Shown one piece after another: positions 29,450-39,245 of a DNA stretch of 64,000 nucleotides. Position numbers and translations under genes: made by a program. Source of the DNA: Spirochaetia bacterium (lineage in GTDB: Bacteria > Spirochaetota > Spirochaetia > SZUA-6 > Bin103); NCBI GenBank assembly GCA_965198005.1, contig CBDAOI010000002.1, forward strand, positions 384,001 through 448,000, in the 5' to 3' direction. A model generated the notes under the pieces. The model was not told the origin of the DNA. It searched no databases and was given only the letters and a program-made list of their open reading frames with translations. Positions within the stretch are counted from its first letter, which is position 1. Each line of letters opens with the position of its first letter.

Positions 29450-30085
29450 ATGAGTAGTCAACAGACGCAAGGCCTCGAGATTGACCGCGAACGGATGCCG
29501 GACGAGTGGCCTACCCATATATTCCCTCCCGGATTCTGGGAAGAGCTGGGGAGAACAGTCGGCACGCTTGCCTTTCTTGAGGACTGCCTGAAACGAGCGA
29601 ACCTCGCGATCACGGCCACCCGTACGTATCGAACCGTGGCGGAAGCGGAAGATGCGTTCGCCACCTGGGAGGGTGACCTTGAGACTTCGCTGAACGAGAC
29701 CCTGGGAAGGCTGGCCAAGCGACTAGCGATGGCCATAACGGCCGATAAGCGGTACTCGGCGGACGCCGTTGACGCAATAGAGCAGGGATTGAAGAGTGTT
29801 GTGGAGTGGCGCAACGCGCTCTGTCACGGCGCGTGGGTCGGCTATGACCAGGGGAGCGGCGTCGCCACTCTGCGTTACTGGAAAAAGGACGAATGGCGCC
29901 GGCGCTCATCGCGGACTCTCTCCACGACTGACCTCGCGACAATTCGTCGCCAGGCGGTCGATCTCACCTTTGACGTTATCGACGCAGTAACTCGTCAGGG
30001 CATCCAGTTTCCCGGCTCGGGGTCCCCCGGGAAGGCGATACACAAGACATTCAAGACACCCAATTCGAGCCACACCGCCGAGTGA
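29450..30085 (+). CDS. Hypothetical protein with HEPN-like RxxxxH motif
   Basis: Helical; LG..LE N-term, TLGRL, WRNALCHG. Confidence 0.55.
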   Translation: MSSQQTQGLEIDRERMPDEWPTHIFPPGFWEELGRTVGTLAFLEDCLKRANLAITATRTYRTVAEAEDAFATWEGDLETSLNETLGRLAKRLAMAITADKRYSADAVDAIEQGLKSVVEWRNALCHGAWVGYDQGSGVATLRYWKKDEWRRRSSRTLSTTDLATIRRQAVDLTFDVIDAVTRQGIQFPGSGSPGKAIHKTFKTPNSSHTAE

Positions 30086-30280
30086 CGCCGCAAGCAACTA
30101 AGAAGGACCGCGTCGGCGTGTACGGCGAAACTCACACCGTCGTAGAGTGCGTACAATCTAGCACGCCGCGCATGATCACTACTTTGGTGCCAGAGGCGCT
30201 GAGCCGCAGCGCATGCGGATCGGACCCTGGTATAGTAGCCGCCATGAAGACCAGCGACATCATCCGCACCCGCTCGCGGT

Positions 30281-31192
30281 ATGCACGCTGACCGGAACCA
30301 GGCCGCTGAGCCGGGCGCCGGGGTCGCCGCGGCCGGCCTGGATCTGACCGGACGGGCGGCCATCGTTACCGGCGCCAACTCCGGGGTCGGCCGGTCGGCG
30401 ACGGAGCTGCTGCTGGCCGCGGGCGCGGAGGTCACCTTGGTGTGCCGCGACCGCACGCGGGGCGAACAGGCGCTGGCGGAGGTCGGCCGCGCCTATCCGG
30501 GCGCCGCGGCCACCCTGGAGCTGGCGGACTTGGCGTCCTGGGCCGCGGTGCGCCGGCTGGCTGACCGTCTGGGCCGGCGGCTGCACCGGATCGACGTCCT
30601 GGTGAACAACGCCGGCGGGCCGAACGACCGCATGACGACCACCGACGAGGGATTCGAACACACCTTCGCGGCCAATCACCTCGGCCACTTCCTGCTGACC
30701 AATCTCCTGCTGGAACGATTGCACAACGGCGGGCGGATCGTGAACGTCAGCTCCGAGGGGCACCGCATGGGCGACCTGCGGCGCGCGCCGCTGGAGCAGA
30801 TCGCCCGCGGCGGAGCGTGGCGGGGGGGGTTTCAGGCCTACGCCGACGCCAAGCTGGCCAACGTCCTGTTTACCCTGGAGTCGGCCCGGCGCTGGGAACT
30901 GCACGGACTGGCGGTCAACGCACTGCACCCGGGTGCGCTCGCCACGCGCATCTGGAACCGGTACCATGGCCCGGCCGGACTGATCCTGCGGCTGCTCAAG
31001 CCGTTCCTGCGCAATCCCGAGGTCGGGGGGAAGGCGGTGGTCGGGCTGGTCCGGCAATCGGGGCCCGGCGGAGTGTCCGGCCGCTACTTCCGGGTCGGCA
31101 GGGAAAGCACGCCGCAACCACAGGCCGGAGACCGTGATCTTGCAGGTTGCCTCTGGGAGTGCAGCGCCGCGTGGACCGGACTGTCGGACTGA
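30281..31192 (+). CDS. SDR family oxidoreductase (retinol dehydrogenase-like)
   Basis: TGANSGVG, NNAG, NHLGHF, YADAK. Confidence 0.92.
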   Translation: MHADRNQAAEPGAGVAAAGLDLTGRAAIVTGANSGVGRSATELLLAAGAEVTLVCRDRTRGEQALAEVGRAYPGAAATLELADLASWAAVRRLADRLGRRLHRIDVLVNNAGGPNDRMTTTDEGFEHTFAANHLGHFLLTNLLLERLHNGGRIVNVSSEGHRMGDLRRAPLEQIARGGAWRGGFQAYADAKLANVLFTLESARRWELHGLAVNALHPGALATRIWNRYHGPAGLILRLLKPFLRNPEVGGKAVVGLVRQSGPGGVSGRYFRVGRESTPQPQAGDRDLAGCLWECSAAWTGLSD

Positions 31193-31203
31193 ACGAGAAG
31201 ACG

Positions 31204-31770
31204 ATGCAGACACGCTTGTCCCTGGACGCGGTAAATGACCTGGATGAGGCGGCGTTCACGTCATGTTTCGGTGACGTCGCGGAGCATTCGCCCTGGGTGG
31301 CCGCAACGGCGGCTGCCGCCCGCCCGTTCCCGCATCGCGAGGCGCTGATCGCCGCGTTCGTGGGCGCGGTGCGCGCCGCGCCGCCGGACGCCCAGCTCGC
31401 ACTGCTGCGCGTGCACCCCGACTTGGCCCACCGGGCGGCGGTGGCCGGCGACGCCGCGGCCGGCACAGCCATTGCGGAGGAGTCGCGGCGCGAGCAGGCG
31501 GGGGCGGGCCTCGACCGCCTTACCGCCGCCGAGTTCACCCGCTTCGGCGACCTCAACACCCGCTATCGCCGGCGCTTCGGCTTCCCGTTCATCTTCGCGG
31601 TGAAGGGCGCCACCAAGGAGGCGCTCCTGGCCGCGTTCGAGGCGCGGATCGACAACCCCGCCGCGACCGAGCGCGCCCTGGCCCTGGCCAACGTCGAACG
31701 CATCCTCCGTTTCCGCCTCGAGGATCGGGTCGCGCCCCCCAATCACCGCCCAGGCGCCGCGAAGCCGTGA
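31204..31770 (+). CDS. uraD: OHCU decarboxylase
   Basis: EHSPWVA, HPDLA, ESRREQAGAGL, FGFPFI. Confidence 0.92.
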   Translation: MQTRLSLDAVNDLDEAAFTSCFGDVAEHSPWVAATAAAARPFPHREALIAAFVGAVRAAPPDAQLALLRVHPDLAHRAAVAGDAAAGTAIAEESRREQAGAGLDRLTAAEFTRFGDLNTRYRRRFGFPFIFAVKGATKEALLAAFEARIDNPAATERALALANVERILRFRLEDRVAPPNHRPGAAKP

Positions 31771-33101
31771 ACCCGACCGCCGCGGGGCGGGTGGTGCGCG
31801 GCGCGGTGTTGACCTATCGCGACGACCCCGCCCGCGTCGGGCCGCGCCGCGCCGTGCTGTTCCACCGCCGGGGCGCGGTCGCAGTGACCGCCGCCGGCCG
31901 CATCGCCTGGCGCGGGCCGGCGGCGCGGCTGCCGCAGCGCTTTCAATCGCTGCCGGTGGACGACCACGGCGCGGCGCTGGTGCTGCCGGGGCTGATCGAC
32001 GCGCACATCCACTTTCCCCAGTACCGCATGCTGGCCGCCCCCGGCCGTGACCTGCTCGACTGGCTGCAGCGCTTCACCTTCCCGGAGGAGAGCCGCTACG
32101 CGGCGCCGGCCCACGCCCGCGTCGCGGCGGAGGTGTTCCTCGACCTCCTGGTACGGCACGGCACCACGGCCGCGGTCGTGTTCTCCACCGTCCATCGCGG
32201 CGCTACCGAGGCTCTGTTGGCCGCGGCCGAACGGCGCGGGCAGGCCCTCGTCACCGGCAAGACCATGATGGACCGCAATGCGCCGGCGGCATTGTGCGAC
32301 GACCCGGAAAGCGGCGTGCGCGCCAGCGAGGCGCTGATCGAACGCTGGCACCGGCGCGGCCGGCTGCGCTACGCCATCACCGTGCGCTTCGCCGTTACCT
32401 CCAGCGCGGCCCAGCTCCGCGCCGCGGGCGCGCTGGCGGCGCGCTACCCCGACTGCTACGTGCACAGCCACCTCTCCGAAAGCGAGCGCGAGCTGGCCAC
32501 CGTGCGGCACGACTTTCCCTGGGCGCACGACTACACCGACGTCTACGACCGCTGCGGCCTGGTCGGCCCGCGCAGCCTGTTCGCCCACGGCATCCACCTG
32601 TCGGAGCGGGAGTGCGCGCGCCTGGCGGAGGCCGGCGCCACCGTCGTGCACTGCCCCACCTCCAACACCTTCCTCGGCTCCGGTCTGTTCGACCTCGGCC
32701 GCCTCCGCAACCCGGCGCACCCGGTGGGCATCGGCCTTGCCACCGACGTGGGCGGCGGCACCAGCTACTCGATGCTGCACACCATGGGGGAAGCCTACAA
32801 AGTGGCGATGCTGCGCGGGCAGACGCTGAGCGCGCACGACCTGTTCCACCTCGCCACCCGGGGCAACGCCGGGCGGCTCGGACTGGAGGAGGAGATCGGC
32901 GCCCTCGAACCGGGCCGCTGGGCGGATCTGGTGGTGCTCGACCCCGCCGCCACGCCGGTGCTCGAAGCGCGCGCGGGGCTGTCCCGCAGGCTGGAAGACA
33001 CCCTGTTCGCCCTGGCGATCCTGGGCGACGACCGGGCGGTGCGCGCCACCTACGTCGCCGGCCGGCAGGTGTGGAGCCGGCCCGGTTACAATGGGCAATG
33101 A
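31767..33101 (+). CDS. guaD: Guanine deaminase
   Basis: DAHIHFPQ, HSHLSE, HCPTSNTFLGSG, TDVGGGT, LGDDRAV. Confidence 0.93.
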   Translation: MNPTAAGRVVRGAVLTYRDDPARVGPRRAVLFHRRGAVAVTAAGRIAWRGPAARLPQRFQSLPVDDHGAALVLPGLIDAHIHFPQYRMLAAPGRDLLDWLQRFTFPEESRYAAPAHARVAAEVFLDLLVRHGTTAAVVFSTVHRGATEALLAAAERRGQALVTGKTMMDRNAPAALCDDPESGVRASEALIERWHRRGRLRYAITVRFAVTSSAAQLRAAGALAARYPDCYVHSHLSESERELATVRHDFPWAHDYTDVYDRCGLVGPRSLFAHGIHLSERECARLAEAGATVVHCPTSNTFLGSGLFDLGRLRNPAHPVGIGLATDVGGGTSYSMLHTMGEAYKVAMLRGQTLSAHDLFHLATRGNAGRLGLEEEIGALEPGRWADLVVLDPAATPVLEARAGLSRRLEDTLFALAILGDDRAVRATYVAGRQVWSRPGYNGQ

Positions 33102-33808
33102 CGCGGCAGCGCAGACCGTGGCACGAGGTGGCGACCCGGCTGGTGGACGTGGCCGCCGGGCGGGCGGCGGAGTTGGTAGTCCGCAACGGCCGCTGGGTCA
33201 ATCCCAGGATATTTACCATCGGCCACTCCAATCACTCGCTGAAACAGTTTGTGGCGCTGTTGTTGCAACATGGGATCACCGCCGTGGCCGACGTACGCTC
33301 CGCTCCGTACAGCCGTTTCTGTCCGCATTTCAACCGCGCCGCGCTCGTCGCCGGGCTCGAGGCCCACGACATTCGCTATTCATACCTCGGACGTGAGCTC
33401 GGCGGCCGGTCGGACGATCCCGCCTGCTACGAGGACGGGCAGATTCAGTATGACCTGGTAGCCCGCACGCACTTGTTTCGAGAAGGTCTCACGAGGGTCG
33501 TTGACGGTGCTGAACGCTATCGCATCGCGCTCATGTGCGCCGAGAAGGAGCCGCTGGACTGTCACCGAACGCTGCTGGTTGCCCGGGCGCTCGTGGCAAC
33601 GGGAGTAGCTGTCGTGCATGTCCTCGCCGATGGCGAACTTGAACCCCATGAGAAGACGATGGATCGACTTCTGGCGGAGCTGAGCCCGAACGGCGACCTG
33701 TTTCAACCACCCGAGGAGTTGCTCGCGCGCGCCATAACGCTTCGGGCGCAGCGCGTTGCGTTCGTCAGCGCCGGCACGGATACGAAATCGAAGAGGACAC
33801 TGCCGTGA
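33098..33808 (+). CDS. Chimera: adenine deaminase-like N-terminus fused to DUF488 protein
   Basis: LVDVAAGRAAELVVRNGRWVN then IFTIGHSNH..DVRSAPYSR..LMCAEKEPLDCHR. Confidence 0.7.
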   Translation: MTRQRRPWHEVATRLVDVAAGRAAELVVRNGRWVNPRIFTIGHSNHSLKQFVALLLQHGITAVADVRSAPYSRFCPHFNRAALVAGLEAHDIRYSYLGRELGGRSDDPACYEDGQIQYDLVARTHLFREGLTRVVDGAERYRIALMCAEKEPLDCHRTLLVARALVATGVAVVHVLADGELEPHEKTMDRLLAELSPNGDLFQPPEELLARAITLRAQRVAFVSAGTDTKSKRTLP

Positions 33809-33825
33809 GGGTATCCACCATCTGA

Positions 33826-34173
33826 CTAACGGATGAAGTAGCCGGAGACCCGCCAGGCATCACCGTCCCAAATGGCGGTGACGGTCTCTACCGCCTCGGA
33901 CTTGTTCGCGTAGGAGGACGCGAAACGGAACACCCAGTAACGGCCGTCCGGCGCACCGGGCAGCGTCTCGTGATGCTCGGCGGCGGTCCTGGAGCGCGCG
34001 AGCGGGGCGCCCATCGGCACCAGCGCGGCCCGCAACGCTTGCGCGAGCTGCTGTTCGCTCACGGCGCCGCGCATCAGCGCCGCCGCGCCGGTCCAACAGG
34101 CCCGGTAATCGCCGGCATCCAGAAGCTCCAGCCATTCCCCGGCCGCGGCCAACGCTGAGTCTCGCTCATCCAT
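33826..34173 (-). CDS. DUF4019-domain protein
   Basis: WLELLDAGDY, LPGAPDGRY, AVETVT, WRVSGYFIR (alternative start 34242). Confidence 0.8.
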   Translation of the reverse strand: MDERDSALAAAGEWLELLDAGDYRACWTGAAALMRGAVSEQQLAQALRAALVPMGAPLARSRTAAEHHETLPGAPDGRYWVFRFASSYANKSEAVETVTAIWDGDAWRVSGYFIR

Positions 34174-34695
34174 ACCCCACCTCACGCCCGAATTCACCAC
34201 ATACGGCGCGGGCCGGCTCGTCGCCTCTCCGGGTTTGCTCATGGCGCGTCCACATCTTCATGCCGTCGACAGTGTACTCGACGTCACCTTCGCCGGCAGC
34301 ATGGAGCAACTCGACACGGCGCGGCGGGCGTTTCGCCACCTCAACCGTGCCCTGCGCGCGGCGAGCTTCACGGTGGCGGTCGACTTCGCGGACGAGTAGC
34401 AGGGGAGCCAGCAAACCAAGCCCGGCAGCCAGGCAAACACCTCAGCGTCACAGCAAGCACAGCCCGACAGCGCAACAGCGTCATGACTCCGAGTCTCCTG
34501 CTCTTTTCTAGTGCAACTGGGAGCTGATGATCTTGTACGTTTCGCCCGCCGCCGATGAATTCGCGGTCCGGTGCGGCAGCGACGATCCGGACGAGTTTCG
34601 AAAAGCGTTCAATCGGCTGCTGCGAGACATGATGCGAAGCATGGACCAATGGATTCGCAGTCGAAGAACTGACTCGGTATCGGTAATCAGCAAAC

Positions 34696-35088
34696 TCAGA
34701 CCGGCGGCACGACCGCATCTACTTCGACCTCCACGAGGTGCTCGGGCAGCATCAGGGCGGCTACCTGGGCCATCGTCATGGCGGGGCGGACGGCGCCGAG
34801 CAACTCGGCGTGGGCGCGGCCGATGGAGTGGGCATGCTCAATGTCGGTTACCAGGTAACGGGTGCGCACCACGTCGGCAAGCGTGGCACCCACGTCGCGC
34901 AGCGCGGCCTCGATTCGGCGCAGGATGAGGAGGGTCTGCCCGTACGGGTCGCCGACGGCCACGGGCTTGCCGTCGTCACCCGTTGCGGTGGTACCGGCTA
35001 CGAATACCAGGTCTCCCGCGCGCACGGCGCGCGAATATCCGTAGCGTTCCTCCCATTGCGTGCCCGATGAGCTGTGTTTTCTGATCAT
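34696..35088 (-). CDS. RidA/YjgF family protein
   Basis: WEERYGYSRAV, VAGTT, VVRTR, LVEVEVDA. Confidence 0.92.
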   Translation of the reverse strand: MIRKHSSSGTQWEERYGYSRAVRAGDLVFVAGTTATGDDGKPVAVGDPYGQTLLILRRIEAALRDVGATLADVVRTRYLVTDIEHAHSIGRAHAELLGAVRPAMTMAQVAALMLPEHLVEVEVDAVVPPV

Positions 35089-35126
35089 GGCTCCGGGGCG
35101 ACTATAGCGAGTTTGGACGCGTCACG

Positions 35127-35531
35127 GTGACGCCTGCCGTCCGCGACGAAGTGCTGGCCGGTGGAAGCCTTCCCGGCGCACCGGAGCTGGCCGCAGCGGT
35201 TGCGAGCGGCTGGATCGAGGTAGCCGAGGCCCATGGCGACGTGGCTGCGCTCGCCGACCTGGACGCGGGTGAGGCGAGTACGCTGGCGCTCGCGGTCGAG
35301 AGTCCTGACGAGTGTCTGGTGCTGATCGACGAGCCGTTGGGCCGAGCCCATGCCCACGCCTCCGGGATTGCGGTAACCGGGCTCGTCGGAGTGCTACTCG
35401 CTGCCAAGCGAGCCGGCTGCATACCCCGCGTCCGGCCTTTCCTCAAGCGTCTGGAAACAAGCAACTTCAGGCTCGCGCGGGTAGTCATCCGCGCCGCGCT
35501 TGAACAAGCCGGCGAAGTGCAGCCGACATGA
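35127..35531 (+). pseudogene. 5'-truncated DUF3368 PIN-like gene
   Basis: LDAGEASTL, LIDEPLGR, TGLVGVL; N-terminal D/N motif absent. Confidence 0.7.
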
Positions 35532-35671
35532 CCGGGGATTCGTGCGTGCCGCCGTCAAGAGCCTCGCAGATCCTCGGCGAGTTGTCGCCGCCGGTCGTCG
35601 GCCAGCCAGGACGCGCTCACGGCATTCAGTATCAGGGTACGGACGCAGCCAGTCCGCGGTCGAGCCGGCGG

Positions 35672-36322
35672 TCAAAAATAGACCTCGGCGAAGAGAGCGG
35701 TGCTGGGGATGCCGCCGACTTTGAGGATGTCGAACGCTTCGAAGATCATCTCGCTGTTGCCGCAGAGGTAGCACAGCGTGCCGGGGGCCGCGGGGTGAGC
35801 GCGCAGGTAGGCGGTGACGCGGCCGGCGAAGCCGGCGTCCGTCGTTACCGGTTGGCGGCTGAGGCACGCCAGGTAGCGGTCGGGGCGGTAGCAGTGGCGG
35901 TCGTAGGTCTCGGACGCCGTGCGGACGCCGTGCAGCAGGCGGTAGTCGAGGCCGGGATAGCTGCGGGCGAAGCAGTGAAACGGGGCGATTCCGGTCCCGG
36001 AGGCCACGAACAGGAGCGGACACCCCCGAGCCGCCTCGGGGATGAGGAAATAGCCGAACGGACCGTCCACCTCCAGCGCCACGCCGGGGGCGAGCCGCGC
36101 GAGCTGGTGCGATACCGTGCCACTCTCTACGTGCTTGATCAGCACTTCCAGAAATGGGTCATCGCTCCCGGAGTAGATGGAGTACTCCCGCCGCGCGGTG
36201 CTGCCGGGCAGACCCAGCGTCACGTACTGCCCCGGCTCGAATGCCAGCTCACCGCGCTCCAGTCGGATCACGTACGCGGAGGGACTGAGCCGGCGAATGG
36301 AATGGACGCGGTGCTCAGGCAC
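35672..36322 (-). CDS. Ferredoxin-NADP reductase-like FAD/NAD oxidoreductase
   Basis: FEPGQY, REYS, GPFG, ASGTGIAP, YLCG. Confidence 0.9.
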   Translation of the reverse strand: MPEHRVHSIRRLSPSAYVIRLERGELAFEPGQYVTLGLPGSTARREYSIYSGSDDPFLEVLIKHVESGTVSHQLARLAPGVALEVDGPFGYFLIPEAARGCPLLFVASGTGIAPFHCFARSYPGLDYRLLHGVRTASETYDRHCYRPDRYLACLSRQPVTTDAGFAGRVTAYLRAHPAAPGTLCYLCGNSEMIFEAFDILKVGGIPSTALFAEVYF

Positions 36323-36326
36323 GCGC

Positions 36327-36357
36327 GCGTCCGCGACCGGCGGCGCGCAACTGCACG
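36327..36357. repeat. Imperfect copy of the mnmG 3' end (direct repeat with 36775-36804)
   Basis: GCGTCCGCGACC..GGCGCGCAACTGCACG at both sites. Confidence 0.8.
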
Positions 36358-36361
36358 TTCC

Positions 36362-36577
36362 CTACTTTGATGAACGCAGAGATGCGTGAGCGTGTTGCGG
36401 CACGTCCACCGGTACGAAGTAGGATTCAGGGTACAGATAGTCTCCGCCTGACTCGTCTACCACGCGCAGATACCCTTCGCGTTCTGCTTCTTCGTCGGGA
36501 ACAGTCTGATAGAGTTTTCGAGTCTCCAGATCGCTGCACTCTCTGTTCTCGATGCACACTACGAATCGTTCTATCAT
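36362..36577 (-). CDS. Small conserved hypothetical protein
   Basis: FVVCIEN..DLETRKLY..LRVVDESGGDYLYP. Confidence 0.75.
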   Translation of the reverse strand: MIERFVVCIENRECSDLETRKLYQTVPDEEAEREGYLRVVDESGGDYLYPESYFVPVDVPQHAHASLRSSK

Positions 36578-36578
36578 T

Positions 36579-36661
36579 TCAATCCAGAAACCGCTTGATC
36601 TTCATCCGCCTACTGCGATTGTTTCGATACTCTCAATGGTTCCAAGAACTTCAAAATACAC
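36579..36661 (-). pseudogene. Internally deleted partner gene of 36362-36577
   Basis: VYFEVLGTIESIETIAVG start joined out of frame to MKIKRFLD* end. Confidence 0.55.
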
Positions 36662-36761
36662 CGAAGACCATTCGCTTTCCTGACTCTTTGGGCAACGATA
36701 GTGTGGGAATTAGTGGGCGTCAAGGTGCTCCCGGCATATGCCGTGCGCTGAAACGGCCTGT

Positions 36762-38747
36762 TCACGTACGCATGCGTCCGCGACCACCGGCGCGCAACTG
36801 CACGAGCAGGATGCTGAGGTCGGCCGGGCTTACGCCGCTGATGCGGCTGGCTTGGCCGAGCGTGCGCGGCCGCACGAGCTGGAGCTTCTCACGGCCCTCG
36901 TGCGAGAGGGCATCGATGGCTCCGTAGTCGAGGGAATGGGGAATGCGCAGCGCCTCGAACCGCTGCAGCCGCTCGATGTTGTGGCGCTCGCGGGCGATAT
37001 AGCCTTCGTACTTCAACTCCACCTCGGCTGCGGCCAGCAACTCGGGGTCGGCGAGCAGCGCCGTGAGCGGGGGGCTGGCGTCGGTTCCGGCGGCGGGTGC
37101 CGCGGTTGCGGCGTCCGCCGGGGACAGTGTCTCGCCCAGCAGGGCGCCCAGCCGGACCTCGGGGCGCCGGCACAGGGCGGCGGCGCTCTCGGGGCGCTGC
37201 AGCTCGCTGGCGCCGCGCGCCCGCAGCCAGCCGTTGACCCTGGCCGGCGCCAGCGTCGTGCGCCGCAGTGCCGCCACGGCGGCGTTGAGCAGCTCGGACC
37301 GGCGGCGCAGCCGCGTCATCGCTTCGTCGCCGATCAGACCCAGCTCATGTCCGTACGCGCTCAGGCGACGGTCGGCATTGTCCTGGCGCAGCACCAGGCG
37401 GTGCTCCGCACGCGAGGTGAACATGCGGTACGGCTCGTACGACGGCTTGGTCACCAAGTCGTCGATCAGCACCCCGACGTAGGCCTCGTCGCGGCGCAGG
37501 ACCAGCTCGTCACGGGCGCCGTTCGCACCGCGGTGCAGGGACAGCGCCGCGTTGATCCCTGCCATCAGCCCCTGTGCCGCTGCCTCCTCGTAGCCGGAGG
37601 TGCCGTTCACCTGGCCGGCGAAGTAGAGCCCGCGCAGGTGCTTGCTCTCCAGCGTCGCGTCCACCTGGTAGGCGGGAAAGAAATCGTACTCCACGGCGTA
37701 GCCGTAGCGCGCCACCTCCACCTGCTCCAGGCCGCGCACGGTGCGTAGCGCCGCCAACTGCACCTCCGCCGGCAGCGAGCTGGAGAAGCCGTTGAGGTAG
37801 ATCAGGTCGCTGTCCAGCCCCTCCGGCTCCAGGAACAGTTGATGGCGGTCGCGGTCGGCGAAGCGCACCACCTTGTCCTCGATCGAAGGGCAGTAGCGCG
37901 GGCCTGCCCCCTGAATGCGGCCGGTGAACATGGGCGAGCGGTCGAAGCCGGTGGCGAGCAGCTCGTGGGTCGCGCGATTGGTGAAGGTGACGTGGCAGCT
38001 CACCTGCGGCAGGCGCGGGAAACGGGCCGGGTCGGTGCGTCGCGAAAACGGCACCGGGCGGTCGTCGCCCGGCTGCTCGTCCAGCACGCTGAAGTCGATG
38101 CTGGCATGCAGCAGCCGCGGCGGGGTGCCGGTCTTGAGGCGGCCGGTCTCGATGCCCAGGCGGCCGAACGCCTCCGACAGCCCGGTAGCCGGCTGCTCGC
38201 CGAATCGCCCGCCGGCGCTGCCGTTCAGGCCGGTGAACAGCACGCCATTGAGAAACGTGCCCGACGCGACCACCAGCGCGCGGCAGCCGATCTCCTCCCC
38301 GGTACCGGTCACCACGGCCGCCACCCGGCCGCCACGGGCCACCACGTCCACCACCATCTCCTCGATAACGGTGATGGCTCCTGCGGCCGCCACCAGCTCC
38401 TGCGCCGCGGCGGCGTACGCCTCGCGGTCGGACTGGCAGCGCGACGACCAGATCGCCGGCCCCTTGGAGCGGTTCAGCAGCCGGAACTGGATGCCGGTAG
38501 CGTCCGCCAGCTCCCCCATCACCCCACCGAGGGCGTCGATCTCGTGCACCAGGTGACCCTTGGCGGTGCCGCCGATAGCCGGGTTGCAGGACATGCGGCC
38601 GATGGCCGCGGCTTCGCTGGTGACCAAGCCAACGCTGCAGCCCATGCGCGCCGCCGCCACCGCCGCCTCGATGCCGGCGTGCCCGCCGCCGATCACGATC
38701 AGGTCGAACATCGTTTTGCTTCCGCTACTGCCATCTTGTGTCGCCAT
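36762..38747 (-). CDS. mnmG: tRNA uridine-5-carboxymethylaminomethyl synthesis enzyme
   Basis: GGGHAG, SCNPAIGG, RLKTGTPPR, GPRYCPSIEDK, AGQVNGTSGYEEAAAQG (start 38747 or 38711). Confidence 0.97.
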   Translation of the reverse strand: MATQDGSSGSKTMFDLIVIGGGHAGIEAAVAAARMGCSVGLVTSEAAAIGRMSCNPAIGGTAKGHLVHEIDALGGVMGELADATGIQFRLLNRSKGPAIWSSRCQSDREAYAAAAQELVAAAGAITVIEEMVVDVVARGGRVAAVVTGTGEEIGCRALVVASGTFLNGVLFTGLNGSAGGRFGEQPATGLSEAFGRLGIETGRLKTGTPPRLLHASIDFSVLDEQPGDDRPVPFSRRTDPARFPRLPQVSCHVTFTNRATHELLATGFDRSPMFTGRIQGAGPRYCPSIEDKVVRFADRDRHQLFLEPEGLDSDLIYLNGFSSSLPAEVQLAALRTVRGLEQVEVARYGYAVEYDFFPAYQVDATLESKHLRGLYFAGQVNGTSGYEEAAAQGLMAGINAALSLHRGANGARDELVLRRDEAYVGVLIDDLVTKPSYEPYRMFTSRAEHRLVLRQDNADRRLSAYGHELGLIGDEAMTRLRRRSELLNAAVAALRRTTLAPARVNGWLRARGASELQRPESAAALCRRPEVRLGALLGETLSPADAATAAPAAGTDASPPLTALLADPELLAAAEVELKYEGYIARERHNIERLQRFEALRIPHSLDYGAIDALSHEGREKLQLVRPRTLGQASRISGVSPADLSILLVQLRAGGRGRMRT

Positions 38748-38891
38748 CTTCGCATTCCTGCGCGTCCGCTGCATCCCGCGCACCGGACCCACAGGCATCT
38801 TCACCTCGGTCGCCCACGTATACGTCTCGTGACAGCAAACCTTGACCAGCTCGCGCACCGTGCTTTCCGCTCGATGCGTGGCCGCCGCGAT

Positions 38892-39222
38892 GTCGAGGGA
38901 GTTGCTCACTGGCGGCGGCTCCGGTGGGCACGCTGGCGGCGGTCACACGCGGCGGATCGTGATGGTACGGCCTCGCTTCAGACGGGCGATCGTCTCGCCG
39001 CTGCCGGTCGCCAAGCGTGAGACCGTCGACAGCCGGCGCCGGGTACGCTTGGCGAAGATCGTGCAGAGGCGGGACAGCCACTCTTCCGTGTCATCCATAG
39101 CGTACAACGTGTCAGACATAGCACGATCCGCCTACCCTGTCAAACGGATCTCGTGGTTTTTCTGAGATATTTGCGGTATCGTGTTACACGTGACACGTCG
39201 GGGGCTGGAACATCTCCGCTCG
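38892..39222. repeat. Second copy of the cro/promoter/cI-start block (direct repeat of 40392-40806, with an internal deletion)
   Basis: Near-identical sequence read directly. Confidence 0.95.
38943..39098 (-). pseudogene. Truncated Cro-like HTH copy (51 aa)
   Basis: First 50 codons encode the same peptide as 40406-40681; deletion creates an early stop. Confidence 0.75.
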
Positions 39223-39245
39223 AACGTGTGGCTGTCGTTGCTACG

